Notes: generated from the letters alone by a model not told the origin. Shown: positions 15,851 through 26,167, counted from the first letter of the stretch. The stretch: 43,549 nucleotides of DNA from Armatimonadota bacterium (GCA_034722055.1 JAYENL010000082.1:1-43549), one strand, 5' to 3'. Translations and numbers: made by a program.

Positions 15851-18424
15851 ATGAGCGGGCAGCGCTTCGACGGAGTGGTGACGGGCGACCGGGGGATCAG
15901 CCGGCACACCTACATCGAGTCCCTGCCCGACCGGGAGGCGAACCTGCGCGAGGCCTGGGTGACCGCCCGCGAATTCACCACGGTCCGGGTGCAGGGCGGC
16001 GCCGCCGAGGTCGCGAGCGTGCTCGGCTGCGAGTGCGTCTCGCGGCAACAGGCGCGCGCGGATGAGGCCCCGCTGGAGTCCATCTACCTGCTGACCAGAT
16101 CGTCCGCGGACGGGGGCGGCGCCGGGCGAGGGCCCTGGCAGGTGAGCCTGGCCATCGTGGCGGGGGAGCGCCAGGTCTCCTTTGAGCGGCTTGAGCTCGA
16201 GGGCCTGCCGCCGGGCGCGCCCCTGGTGGTGGTGGACTTCCGCCAGGGCTGGCTGGAGTCGAACTACGAGCACCTGCCCGAGCTCCTGCGCGGCCGGCGG
16301 TACCTCGTCAGGACCCACGACCGGGTGAGCACGCGCGGCGCCGGCAGGACCATCCCCGAGGGCTACTGGGCGACGCTGCGCGCTGAGCTGGAGGCGCCCG
16401 GCGTGTGGTTCTCGCCCTATCAGGACATGGCCGATGGGGCGCTGCGCGTGGCCGGGAACTGGGAGACGGTGTCCGACACTCTCAGCGCCTACCTGCAGCG
16501 CGACGGCGGCAACGGTCTGTGGGATGGCGAGCGGTGGCTGCAGCACATCGTCATCCAGATCAGCTACGACGGCGCGCTGGTCGTCAGCCCGCCTGAGGAT
16601 GGCGCCGACCCGCCGGGGCGGGAGACCGTGCTGCGCTTCCCGTGCGATCAGCCCGGGAGCTTGAGCAAGCGGGCGCAGGGGACCGTCGTCGGGGGCGGAA
16701 TCTGCATCGCCGCGAGCCTCGCCGAGGCGCTGAGCGGCGACCTCACGCACGACCGCCTGGTGGAGCAGACGCGAGTGGGCCTCGCGCGAGCGCGGAGGCT
16801 GGTCACGCTGGGCTACTCGGACCCGCCCGAGCGTCAAGGCCTTGCCGAGGACCCCCCGCAGAGCTGGCATCTCTTCCCTCAGCCCGTCCACGAGACGCCG
16901 CTGCACGCCGAGCTGCCGGTCCGCCTCTCGCCGCCCGAGCAGTCGATGGACGCCGCACTGCGGATCCTCACCGCCGACCAGCGCACCTATGAGCGGATGA
17001 TGGTCTATCGGTTGGGCAAGCTCTACACCTGTGAGCCAGCCTTTGCCGAGCAGCTTATCCGGCTCGAGGATCGCATCCAGTCGCACGTGCACGCTGACGA
17101 GGAGGAGGTGATGAGCTTCGCGGTGCTGGGCACCCCCGGCTCGGGCAAGTCCTTCGCGGCGAAGCAGCTGCTCGAGGCGGTCGGGGGGAAGCTGGAGCCG
17201 ATCGAGTTCAACGTGAGCCAGTTCACGAGCGAGGAGCTGCTGGTGGATGCGCTTCGGCAGGTGCAGACGCTGTCGCTGCGGGGGAAGGTGCCCTTCGTGA
17301 TCTGGGACGAGTTCGACTGCGTCCACGAGGGCAGTGAGGGCGGATGGCTGAGCCGGTTCCTGATGCCGATGGCGGACGCGCAGTTCCGAGTTGGCGGCGA
17401 CGTCGCGAGGTTGGGCAAGTGCGTGTTCGCGTTTGTGGGCAGTGTCTGGTCGAACGCGGCGGAGTTCGACGAGTGGGTGCAGCAGCCGCCGGCGCCGGGA
17501 CTGAAGGGGCGCGACTTCCACAGCAGGCTCGACCGCGTGCTCCAGGTGCCCAGCGTGGAGATCGCTCGGGGTGAGGAGCGGCCGCTTGGATGTCCGCTGC
17601 TGACGCGGGCGCTGATCATCCGGCTGGCGCTCGCGGGCAAGGGTCTGGCGTCGGTGGATCGGAATGTGGCGGAGTTCCTGCTGACCGCGGATCTGCGGCA
17701 CGGTGTGCGGTCGCTGCGCAAGATCATCGACGCCAGCCAGCTCGACCGGACCGAACGCTTCTCCGCCTATCATCTGCCCCCGGAGGAGGTGCTACAGGTG
17801 CACGCGGCTCCCGGGACGAGGCCAGAGCCGGACAGCGACACTACGCCGTTGCGTCTGGAGTGGACACGCGAGGAGGTCCGCGTGGGGGTGACGGGCCACC
17901 GCTTCCTGGCGGAGATCGAGAAGCTGCGGATCTCCGTCGAGCGGGCGCTCGACGAGGTCGAGACGGCATTCCCCGACCGCGGGCTGGCGGTCATCTCGCC
18001 GCTGGCGGAGGGGGCGGATCGCCTCGTGGCCGAGGCGGCCCTGAAGCGCGGCGCGGAGCTGCTCGTGCCGCTGCCACTGCCGAAGGATGACTACATGACC
18101 GACTTCGAGAGCGAGGAGTCGAAGCAGCAGTTCCTGGAGCTGCTGGATCGGGCTGTGGAGGTCATCGAGCTGCCTGAGACCGACGAGCGGGACGAAGCCT
18201 ACGCGCAGGTCGGCGAGTGGGTGCTGGACCACTCCGATGCGCTGATCGCGATCTGGGACGGCCAGGCCGCGCAGGGCCGTGGCGGCACCGCGGACATCGC
18301 CGGGCGCGCGCTGGACCGGGGCATGCCGGTCCTGCACATCAAGGCCGGCAACCGCAAGCCCGGCACCACCGAGCCGACCAGCCTCGGGGAAGAGCAGGGG
18401 GAGCTGGTCGTCCACAACCTCTGA
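15851..18424 (+). CDS. Degenerate PfkB-like domain, AAA+ ATPase, C-terminal SLOG domain
   Basis: VVTGD, GGAAEVA, ISYDGALV, TVVGGGI (ribokinase fold); GTPGSGKS Walker A, VIWDEFD Walker B, DFHSRL, HGVRSLRKII; VGVTGHR, SPLAEGADRLVA, IAIWDG..AQGRGGT (SLOG). Confidence 0.8.
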   Translation: MSGQRFDGVVTGDRGISRHTYIESLPDREANLREAWVTAREFTTVRVQGGAAEVASVLGCECVSRQQARADEAPLESIYLLTRSSADGGGAGRGPWQVSLAIVAGERQVSFERLELEGLPPGAPLVVVDFRQGWLESNYEHLPELLRGRRYLVRTHDRVSTRGAGRTIPEGYWATLRAELEAPGVWFSPYQDMADGALRVAGNWETVSDTLSAYLQRDGGNGLWDGERWLQHIVIQISYDGALVVSPPEDGADPPGRETVLRFPCDQPGSLSKRAQGTVVGGGICIAASLAEALSGDLTHDRLVEQTRVGLARARRLVTLGYSDPPERQGLAEDPPQSWHLFPQPVHETPLHAELPVRLSPPEQSMDAALRILTADQRTYERMMVYRLGKLYTCEPAFAEQLIRLEDRIQSHVHADEEEVMSFAVLGTPGSGKSFAAKQLLEAVGGKLEPIEFNVSQFTSEELLVDALRQVQTLSLRGKVPFVIWDEFDCVHEGSEGGWLSRFLMPMADAQFRVGGDVARLGKCVFAFVGSVWSNAAEFDEWVQQPPAPGLKGRDFHSRLDRVLQVPSVEIARGEERPLGCPLLTRALIIRLALAGKGLASVDRNVAEFLLTADLRHGVRSLRKIIDASQLDRTERFSAYHLPPEEVLQVHAAPGTRPEPDSDTTPLRLEWTREEVRVGVTGHRFLAEIEKLRISVERALDEVETAFPDRGLAVISPLAEGADRLVAEAALKRGAELLVPLPLPKDDYMTDFESEESKQQFLELLDRAVEVIELPETDERDEAYAQVGEWVLDHSDALIAIWDGQAAQGRGGTADIAGRALDRGMPVLHIKAGNRKPGTTEPTSLGEEQGELVVHNL

Positions 18425-18618
18425 GGAGTCCCGATGATGGCTGCCGAGGCGTGGAGCCCCGAGGCGGACGCATCCCCCATCCGCTCGCCATCCGCCTGAT
18501 CGAGGTGCAGCAGGAGCACGGTGTGCACGTCCGGCTCGTACGGCCGGTCCTCACTGGCCCAAATGGGGCATGTCAGCAGCGTCGCCAGGGCCACGAAGCT
18601 CAGGCCCACCCCAGGCAC
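18425..18618 (-). pseudogene. 5' fragment of a secreted LamG/ConA-like domain protein
   Basis: RBS, signal peptide and PYEPDVHTVLLLHLDQADG..GDAS..GLHA, typical of LamG domain starts; the frame then runs antisense into the AAA-SLOG gene. Confidence 0.55.
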
Positions 18619-18682
18619 TCCTCTCTCCGCGTGTGCTCTCGCCTCCTGCCCACCGCGCGCCGCGCCCCCCAGGGAGGGGGCG

Positions 18683-18849
18683 GTGCTGGAGGGCGCCAGC
18701 TTCGCCTCGCCTGGACAGGTGCGTCAGGCCATCGATCGCTTCATCGAGGCCTACAGTCAGACGGCCGCACCCTTTGAGTGGCGCAAGCGAATAGTGGCGC
18801 CCGGAACGCTCAAGGGAAAGTATGCGGACTCCTGTAAGTGAGCATCTAG
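18683..18849 (+). mobile_element. IS630-family remnant (transposase C-terminus and probable right end)
   Basis: VLEGASFASPGQVRQAIDRFIEAYSQTAAPFEWRK resembles IS630 transposase C-termini; CTAG at 18846-18849 just after the stop. Confidence 0.65.
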
Positions 18850-19601
18850 TCCCTGAACCGCGAGACCTTGATGTTGTCCCACCACAGGTTCGTGCGGAAG
18901 GTCCGCAGGCCGATGAGGCCGCGGGTGTGCGGGTCGCCGAGGTCGTCGGTGACGGTCAGCAGCACGTTGCCATCGACCGAGAACGTGATCTGGTCGCCAC
19001 GCTTGACGATCTGGCAGTGGTAGGTGCGGCCTGTGCGGCAGTGGTACTGGTAGGTCTCATCGAGGAGGTGGAAGCCGGGGCAGCGGCGGATGCGCACGCG
19101 GGCGGGCTGCTCGTCGGCCGGCAGCGCCAGAGACTGTTCGCGGGTGTCCTTGAGGAAGGTGATGATGTAGCCGGGGAGGACGTGATACTTCCCGTAGTCG
19201 GCATCGGCGCGCTCCTCGCGGGTGTCGAAGAGCGTCTCCTCGCCGGGGTAGGAGTAATAGAAGAAGAAGTTGATGTTGTTGACGCCCCTGCTGGAGCTGA
19301 TGACGTGAGCATCGTATTCGATCTTCAGGTCGCCCTCGAAGGGCCGCTCGTACCACACGGTGGCGACGTAGGGCGCGTCACTGCCCTCCGGGGGATCGGC
19401 CTTCACATAGAGGCGAGCGTCCTCCACCCACACGCGCTCGCTGCCCTCCACCCACCACCCGTCCATGCCGTCCTCAAAGTCCTCGGCGAAGATAGGGTCG
19501 CACTCCGGAAGCATCTCAAGCCCCTCCTGTGCGGCAGTGAGCGTGGCTGTTGCGATCAGCGCGACGCAGGCGGTCACGGTCAGCAGCGATCCGCGGCCCA
19601 T
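18846..19601 (-). CDS. Secreted ConA-like domain protein (YesU/DUF1961-like)
   Basis: Signal peptide, IFAEDFEDG..WWVEG, TVWYERPFEGDLKIEY, NNINFFF, GLIGLRTF..WDNIKV. Confidence 0.65.
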   Translation of the reverse strand: MGRGSLLTVTACVALIATATLTAAQEGLEMLPECDPIFAEDFEDGMDGWWVEGSERVWVEDARLYVKADPPEGSDAPYVATVWYERPFEGDLKIEYDAHVISSSRGVNNINFFFYYSYPGEETLFDTREERADADYGKYHVLPGYIITFLKDTREQSLALPADEQPARVRIRRCPGFHLLDETYQYHCRTGRTYHCQIVKRGDQITFSVDGNVLLTVTDDLGDPHTRGLIGLRTFRTNLWWDNIKVSRFRD

Positions 19602-19860
19602 GGCGATCACCCTCGATGGGGATAGCTCTCGCAGTTGGTCGCTGACCCCATATTCGCGCCGGAGCGGGGCATCTCCTGCGTTCGCGGCGAGCGCAGGGCC
19701 GCTCAGCTCAGCATGCGCGCGGCCCCGGTGCGGTCGAGCAGCAGCCGGTGACTTCCGAATGGGGATAAGAATACCTTTGCTGGGGCGCGGGCGCCCTCGC
19801 CCGCGCGTCGTTCGCCTCAGGTGGCGCAAGGGTCGAGTGGCGCTGCGCGCCACAAGCCGA

Positions 19861-19952
19861 CGAGGGCGCCGGCTTCCCAGGGATGGGATGGGGTAGCCGA
19901 GGGCGCTGGCTTCCCAAGGATGGAATGGGGTAGCGAGAGCGCTGGCTTCCCA
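19861..19952. repeat. Tandem repeat of about 37 bp (2.5 units) containing a REP-like GC-rich core
   Basis: CGAG(G/A)GCGC(C/T)GGCTTCCCA at 19861, 19898 and 19934; the linkers are also similar (GGATGG(G/A)ATGGGGTAG). Confidence 0.8.
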
Positions 19953-20133
19953 GTAATGTGGGCTGGGTCTTTCGCCTGGATGCGGTTGCCCACGCCGGAG
20001 GCCACCGGGGCGTGGCATCAGGCTCAGGGCCGCAGAGCGGTGGTGTTGCACGTGACCTGCTGACGTCCGGAGGCATCCTGATGGCGAAGCCAATGCACAC
20101 CGCGATGGTCAAGCTGGATGCCATTGACTGACC

Positions 20134-21285
<1,152 letters not shown>

Positions 21286-21492
21286 CTGAGCCACCTGCCA
21301 TTGCTCTGCAGCTTCGCTGACCTCGGCTGACTTCGGGCGACTGCGACGCAGTCGCACTCAGGATAGCTGCTCCCTGTCAGCGCACACCTGTGCGCTTCGT
21401 CGCGTTGGGCCTCGCTCCTCCCCGGGCGAGGGAGAACTCGGCGCCGGGACGAAACCTGTGCCTGCTGGTATCAGCCTGAGAGGAGCGCGGAG

Positions 21493-22482
21493 ATGCCCAG
21501 GCACATCCCCTGGTCGGTGGCGGTGCCGCCCGAGGTCTACGCGGAGTACTGCAGCGTGACCATGCGGGAGTATCACTCCGACCCCGCGGCGCAGATGCAC
21601 GTGCAGCTCGAAGGGCCGCGCATCCTGCACGAGAAGTACGGGCTGCCGCTGCGGCGGTCGGTGGCGCCGGACTTCACGACCTACCTCACCGGCTCCGTCT
21701 TCGGGCTGCGCTTCGAGGTCTTTGAGGATCAGATTCCCGCACCGGTCGGACACCCCATCACCAGCATCCAGGAGGCCGCGAAGCTGGAGGTGCCCGAGCC
21801 GATCGCGGAGGCCGGATACTACCCGCAGGCGCTGGAGTTCTTCCGCTGGATGCGGGAGCACGCGCCGGAGGACGTGACGGTGGGCTTCTCCGGCGGCAGT
21901 CAGGCGCCGCTGACCACCGCGGTGGTGCTTCGCGGTGAGGCGCTGTTCGTGGACATCGTGGACGCGCCGGAGCTGGTGCATCGCTTCATGGAGACGCTCA
22001 CCGAGAGCGCCATCCGCCAGCGGGTGCTGGCCGCGGAGCTGACCGGCAGCCCGCTGCGGCTGGAGAGCATCGGCTTCACCGACGACTATGGGGGGCTGCT
22101 GGGGCCGGAGCACTACGTGGAGTTTGACGTCCAGTACATGCTGCGCATCGCCGAGCACTTTGGGGCGACCTCCAGGACCATCCACACCGAGCTTCTGCGC
22201 AAGCCTCACCTGGCCATCCTGCAGGAGCACGGGTGGACCTTCATCGACGTGGGCACGGATCCGCACCTGACCGTGAGCGACTGCCTGGAGGTGCTGGACA
22301 TCCCCTTCCTGGTGCAGATGAAGTCATCGCAGGAGCTGCTGCTGGCGACGCCCGAGGAGATCAGGGCCACCTATCGCCGGATGGTGGAGGAGGGCGCCCA
22401 GCGGATGCTGGTGGAGCTGTGCCGGGGCGTGCCGGAGGAGAACGTGCGGGCCTTCATTGAGGTGGCGCAGCAGTACGAGTGA
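21493..22482 (+). CDS. Uroporphyrinogen decarboxylase / MtaA-CmuA family TIM-barrel protein
   Basis: APLTTAVVLRGEALFVDIVDAPELVH, DDYGGLLGPEHY.EF, ATPEEI, GVPEENVRAF; GAGAGGAG RBS. Confidence 0.8.
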   Translation: MPRHIPWSVAVPPEVYAEYCSVTMREYHSDPAAQMHVQLEGPRILHEKYGLPLRRSVAPDFTTYLTGSVFGLRFEVFEDQIPAPVGHPITSIQEAAKLEVPEPIAEAGYYPQALEFFRWMREHAPEDVTVGFSGGSQAPLTTAVVLRGEALFVDIVDAPELVHRFMETLTESAIRQRVLAAELTGSPLRLESIGFTDDYGGLLGPEHYVEFDVQYMLRIAEHFGATSRTIHTELLRKPHLAILQEHGWTFIDVGTDPHLTVSDCLEVLDIPFLVQMKSSQELLLATPEEIRATYRRMVEEGAQRMLVELCRGVPEENVRAFIEVAQQYE

Positions 22483-22568
22483 CAGGGCCCTCTCTCCGAG
22501 CGTGCTGGAGGAGCCTGGTGAGCGCGCCGCAGAGCGCGAAGTCGGTCCGGTCGTTGAACGGAAACGGC

Positions 22569-22768
22569 GTCGGGCTGGAAGCCCGACCTACGCGGGAAGA
22601 CACCGCCCCTCCGGACCACACGGGGCCGACTTCGTCGGGCCTGACAGCCCTCCTCAGGGCGGCCCCTCCGACGGCGTTTGTCGTTTCGTTTGGAGGGGCG
22701 CGACGACGTTCGCGCCCGGCCGTTGTCGTTGGCTCCAACCTTCGCGAAGGTCGGGCTTCCAGCCCGAC
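22569..22768. repeat. Inverted pair of GTAG-type REP-like palindromes
   Basis: GTAGGTCGGGCTTCCAGCCCGAC on the minus strand at 22569-22591 and GAAGGTCGGGCTTCCAGCCCGAC on the plus strand at 22746-22768. Confidence 0.75.
22622..22669 (-). repeat. GGAG-headed structured hairpin repeat, copy A
   Basis: GGAGGGGCCG-CCCTGAGGA-GGGCT(GTCA)GGCCC-GACGAAGT-CGGCCCC. Confidence 0.75.
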
Positions 22769-22903
22769 GACGGCAAACGGTGCACGGACCGAGACCAGAG
22801 GTCTCCAGGGTCCGTGCCACGGAACGGCGAAGGGGCCTCACCATTCGCGTGCGACGCCGTGCGGGTCTGAGTGGGACCTCCGGGAGGAGTGTGCCGACGA
22901 ATC

Positions 22904-23437
22904 ATGGATGAGCGGCGGCGGGTAAGGCTCTCCAAGCGCATGAGCTACTTCCTGCGCCACCATCCCGAAGACGCAGGGCTGGCGCCCGACGAGCGGGGCT
23001 TCGTGCCGCTGGCAGACCTGGCCTGCGCCGTGGGCGCGGACCAGGGAACTGTGCGGGAGGTGGTGGCCCGCGACCCGCAGGGGCGGTTCGAGATCGACGG
23101 AGGCAGCATCCGCGCCACCTACGGACACTCCATCGAGGTGCGGGAGATCGGGCGGCCGGTCGAGCCGCCGGAGGTGCTCTACCACGGGACCCCGCGGCGG
23201 AGGGTTGAGACCATCCTTCGCGAGGGCCTGCGGCCGATGGGCCGGCAGATGGTCCACCTGTCCGAGACCGCGGAGCAGGCCCGGCGGGTGGGGAGGCGTC
23301 GCGATCCGAAGCCGGCTGTCCTTCGCATCGGCGCCCGCCGGGCCGCCCGGGCAGGCGTGCAGTTCCGCCGGGCGGGGAGCGTCTATCTGGCGGGGCATAT
23401 TCCGCCGGAGTTCATCGAGCGGCGGGCCACCGGCTGA
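22904..23437 (+). CDS. kptA: RNA 2'-phosphotransferase (Tpt1/KptA family)
   Basis: SKRMSYFLRHHP, RFE, IRATYGHS, LYHGT, RQMVHLS, IPPEFI. Confidence 0.93.
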   Translation: MDERRRVRLSKRMSYFLRHHPEDAGLAPDERGFVPLADLACAVGADQGTVREVVARDPQGRFEIDGGSIRATYGHSIEVREIGRPVEPPEVLYHGTPRRRVETILREGLRPMGRQMVHLSETAEQARRVGRRRDPKPAVLRIGARRAARAGVQFRRAGSVYLAGHIPPEFIERRATG

Positions 23438-23523
23438 CCGCCATGGAACCTTCACGAAGGGCACGCGGTCATAGTGCACGGACGGCGAGGTCGGACCATC
23501 ATGGTAGCCGGGGAGTGATCGAG

Positions 23524-25731
23524 GTGCGCGCAGTGACCCGAGTGGTGCTGGTGACGCTGGTGGTGATGCCCATGATGCTCGGTTGCGGTGACGGAGAAGA
23601 GCAGGCGGCGGAGGCCGCCGTGGAGATGCAGATACCTGACTTCGACCCGCAGGCGGCGTTCAGGGCCTACTACGAGCCGGTGGCGGTGGAGGTCCACGCA
23701 CAGGTCCCGGGCTACGACCTGCCCCTGGACCTGGAGCAGGTCGTGAACACCGAGAAGCTCCAGCACCTGCTGAGGCCCGAGGTTCGGGAGATGCTCAGCC
23801 GGCAGGGATTCGTGGTCACGGACCGCGGCAGCGAAGAGGACATCGTCGATGTCTACGACTTCGCCGATGACGCAGGCATCCCGCCCTTCGTGACGGTGGA
23901 TACGCTGCTGCACCTCTACCACCTGCAGTTCGATCAGACCCTCAAGAACATCGAGGAGCGGGAGTTCTATCAGTCGGTCATCGACTTCTCGCACTCGATG
24001 CTGGATATCGCGCAACAACAGCACGGAACGCTCTCGGGTGACCTCCAGGACGCGGCGGAGCGCAACGTGGCGTACTTCGCGGTGGGACTGCGGCTGCTGG
24101 ACCCGAGCGCTGAGATCCCAGGCCTGGTGCAGGAGGATGTCTCAGCCGAGCTGGCGCTGATCGAGGAGCACGCCGGCTTCGCGGACAGCCCCATCTTCAC
24201 CTACCGCGAGGACTACTCGCAGTACGTCCCGCGCGGGCACTACACCCGCTCGGAGACGCTCGAGCGCTATTTCAAGGCCCTGATGTGGTATGGGCGCCTG
24301 TCGATGCTCCTCAAGGGCGGCGACGACGCCATCGTCACCGAGCAGGAGGCCCGTATCCAGACGCTGCAGGCCTGCCTGATCACCGGCAGCCTCTACGAGC
24401 CCGACAACGCCGAGCTGCTTCAGACGTGGCAGCGCATCTACGCCGTCACCTGCTTCTACGTGGGCTTCGCGGACGATCTGACGCCCCGGGAGTACGCCCA
24501 GAGCATTCGTGAGGTCGCGGGGACGTCCTACGAGTGGTCCACGCTTGCCGAGGAGGAGACACTCTTTTCGCTGAGGAGCCAGCTCGCGACGCTGCGGGCG
24601 CCGAGGATCTACGGTGGGACCGGCGAGATCACCATCTACCCCCCCTTCTCCCCCGAGCAGCTTGACGAGCTGCTGGCAGACACCATGGGGCTGCGGCTGA
24701 TGGGCCAGCGGTTCATCCCGGACGGCTACATGATGCAGGAGCTGGGCGCCCCGAGCGTGCTTGATTTCACCGGTGAGGGCAAGCCGTTCTCGATGGAGAT
24801 GACCGCCGGCGGCCCAGCACGCGTCTTCCCGCGCGGCCTGGACGTGATGGCGGTGCTGGGCTCCGAGCGCGCCCACGAGATCCTCGAGGCCGAGGGCGAC
24901 ACGGCTTACGCGAACTACGAGGAGCAGCTTGAGAGCCAGCGGGCGGAGTTCGGCGAGGTGTCCGACGAGGACTGGAACCGCAACCTCTACTGGAGCTGGC
25001 TGCGGGCGCTCCAGACGCTGGGCACGCCAGTGGGCGAGGGTTATCCCAGCTTCATGCGCACCGACGCCTGGCTTGACCGCAGCCTGTGGGCAGCGCTGGC
25101 CTCCTGGGCGGAGCTGCGGCATGACACCATCCTCTACGCCAAGCAGCCCTACATGCCGACGCTGGGGGCCGCTCCCATGCCGCAGGAGGAGCCGCCGCCG
25201 GGCTACGTGGAGCCGCGGCCGGACTTCTACGCACAGATGCTGGCGCTGGCCCGCATGACCCGGGCGGGGCTGCAGGACATGGATGTCCTTGACGCGGAGT
25301 CGCTGGGTCGGCTGGAGGCGCTGGAGGGCATCATCGAGCGCCTGATGCAGATCAGCCTCACGGAGCTCCGGGGCGAGGCTATCAGCGAGGAGGACGCGCA
25401 GTACATCAAGGGCATCGCCGCCAGCCTGGAGCGCACCATCGCGGGCATGGATGAGGAGGAGGACAAGACCACCATCGTGGCCGACGTCCTCACCGATCAG
25501 AATACCCGGCAGGTGCTGGAGGAGGGCGTGGGCTACGTCAAGCTGCTCATCACGGCCTACCAGGTCCCTGACGGCCGCATCGCACTGGGAGTCGGCCCGG
25601 TGCTGAGCTACTACGAGTTCAAGCACCCAATCGGGGAGCGGCTGACCGACGAGGCCTGGCGGGAGCTGCTGCAGGAGAGCCCGCCTGACGAGCCGGGCTG
25701 GACGGAGAGCTTCTTTGTCGCGCGGCAGTAG
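23524..25731 (+). CDS. DUF3160 family lipoprotein
   Basis: Lipobox MLGC; EDYSQYVPRGHYTRSE.LERYFKALMWYGR, ASWAELRHDTILYAKQ, GYVEP, SYYEF..RLTDEAW; start uncertain. Confidence 0.85.
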   Translation: MRAVTRVVLVTLVVMPMMLGCGDGEEQAAEAAVEMQIPDFDPQAAFRAYYEPVAVEVHAQVPGYDLPLDLEQVVNTEKLQHLLRPEVREMLSRQGFVVTDRGSEEDIVDVYDFADDAGIPPFVTVDTLLHLYHLQFDQTLKNIEEREFYQSVIDFSHSMLDIAQQQHGTLSGDLQDAAERNVAYFAVGLRLLDPSAEIPGLVQEDVSAELALIEEHAGFADSPIFTYREDYSQYVPRGHYTRSETLERYFKALMWYGRLSMLLKGGDDAIVTEQEARIQTLQACLITGSLYEPDNAELLQTWQRIYAVTCFYVGFADDLTPREYAQSIREVAGTSYEWSTLAEEETLFSLRSQLATLRAPRIYGGTGEITIYPPFSPEQLDELLADTMGLRLMGQRFIPDGYMMQELGAPSVLDFTGEGKPFSMEMTAGGPARVFPRGLDVMAVLGSERAHEILEAEGDTAYANYEEQLESQRAEFGEVSDEDWNRNLYWSWLRALQTLGTPVGEGYPSFMRTDAWLDRSLWAALASWAELRHDTILYAKQPYMPTLGAAPMPQEEPPPGYVEPRPDFYAQMLALARMTRAGLQDMDVLDAESLGRLEALEGIIERLMQISLTELRGEAISEEDAQYIKGIAASLERTIAGMDEEEDKTTIVADVLTDQNTRQVLEEGVGYVKLLITAYQVPDGRIALGVGPVLSYYEFKHPIGERLTDEAWRELLQESPPDEPGWTESFFVARQ

Positions 25732-25742
25732 CTGCCAGCGGC

Positions 25743-26167
25743 CAGCTATCAGCTACGAGCTCCGGCGACGCCGCACCGCGTCGGTCGCCGTCTGCTGTGG
25801 CTTTTCGTGTCACGCAACTCCTGTGCGTGGGGCAAAGGTAAGGCCGTATGGAGGGGCCGGACCACTGTCCGGCCCGCCGTCCATGCCGTACGGAGGGGCG
25901 GGCTTCCTTGCCCGCCCGGTCGTTTGGCCGTTCGCTCCCTGGCCAGGGCATGGGCCGGGGTGGAACCTGGGAGGTTCTTCGCTGCTGCGAGCTACGAGCT
26001 ACAAGCTACGGCAACGACCACGGCGCGTGGCGTTGTCGCGTCGTGGCGTTTCGCTAGCCCTTATCCGCAATCTGCGCGAGGGTCGTTTGGCGTGGAGGGG
26101 CCGCCTGAGGGCGCTCCGCAGGAGCGCACGAAGTCGGCCCGCGACTCGCCGCTGATAGCTGGTAGCT
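25743..26167. repeat. Repeat-rich gap between convergent genes: heptamer runs and GGAG-headed hairpins
   Basis: AGCTA-based heptamers at about 25743-25761, 25988-26010 and inverted at 26151-26167; hairpins GGAGGGGCCGGAC..GTCCGGCCC (25850) and GGAGGGGCGGGC..GCCCGCCC (25892). Confidence 0.65.
26094..26140 (+). repeat. GGAG-headed structured hairpin repeat, copy B
   Basis: GGAGGGGCCG-CCTGAGG-GCGCTCC(GCA)GGAGCGC-ACGAAGT-CGGCCC. Confidence 0.75.

Noticed and set aside
19861..19952. Possible mini CRISPR array
   Set aside because: The spacers are near-identical to each other and only 17-18 bp long, and no cas genes are present; it is a tandem repeat
19602..20093. N-terminal extension of the 415-aa ORF with repeated WEASAL peptides
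   Set aside because: It is translated repeat DNA; the signal peptide starts at 19601
22622..22669. Hammerhead ribozyme (CTGAGGA followed by a stem)
   Set aside because: No GAAA directly after the stem and no stem III/cleavage triplet; the other copies lack the full CUGANGA
22904..23437. kptA as part of the conflict island
   Set aside because: Separated by 4.5 kb of unrelated genes, and kptA is commonly a stand-alone gene
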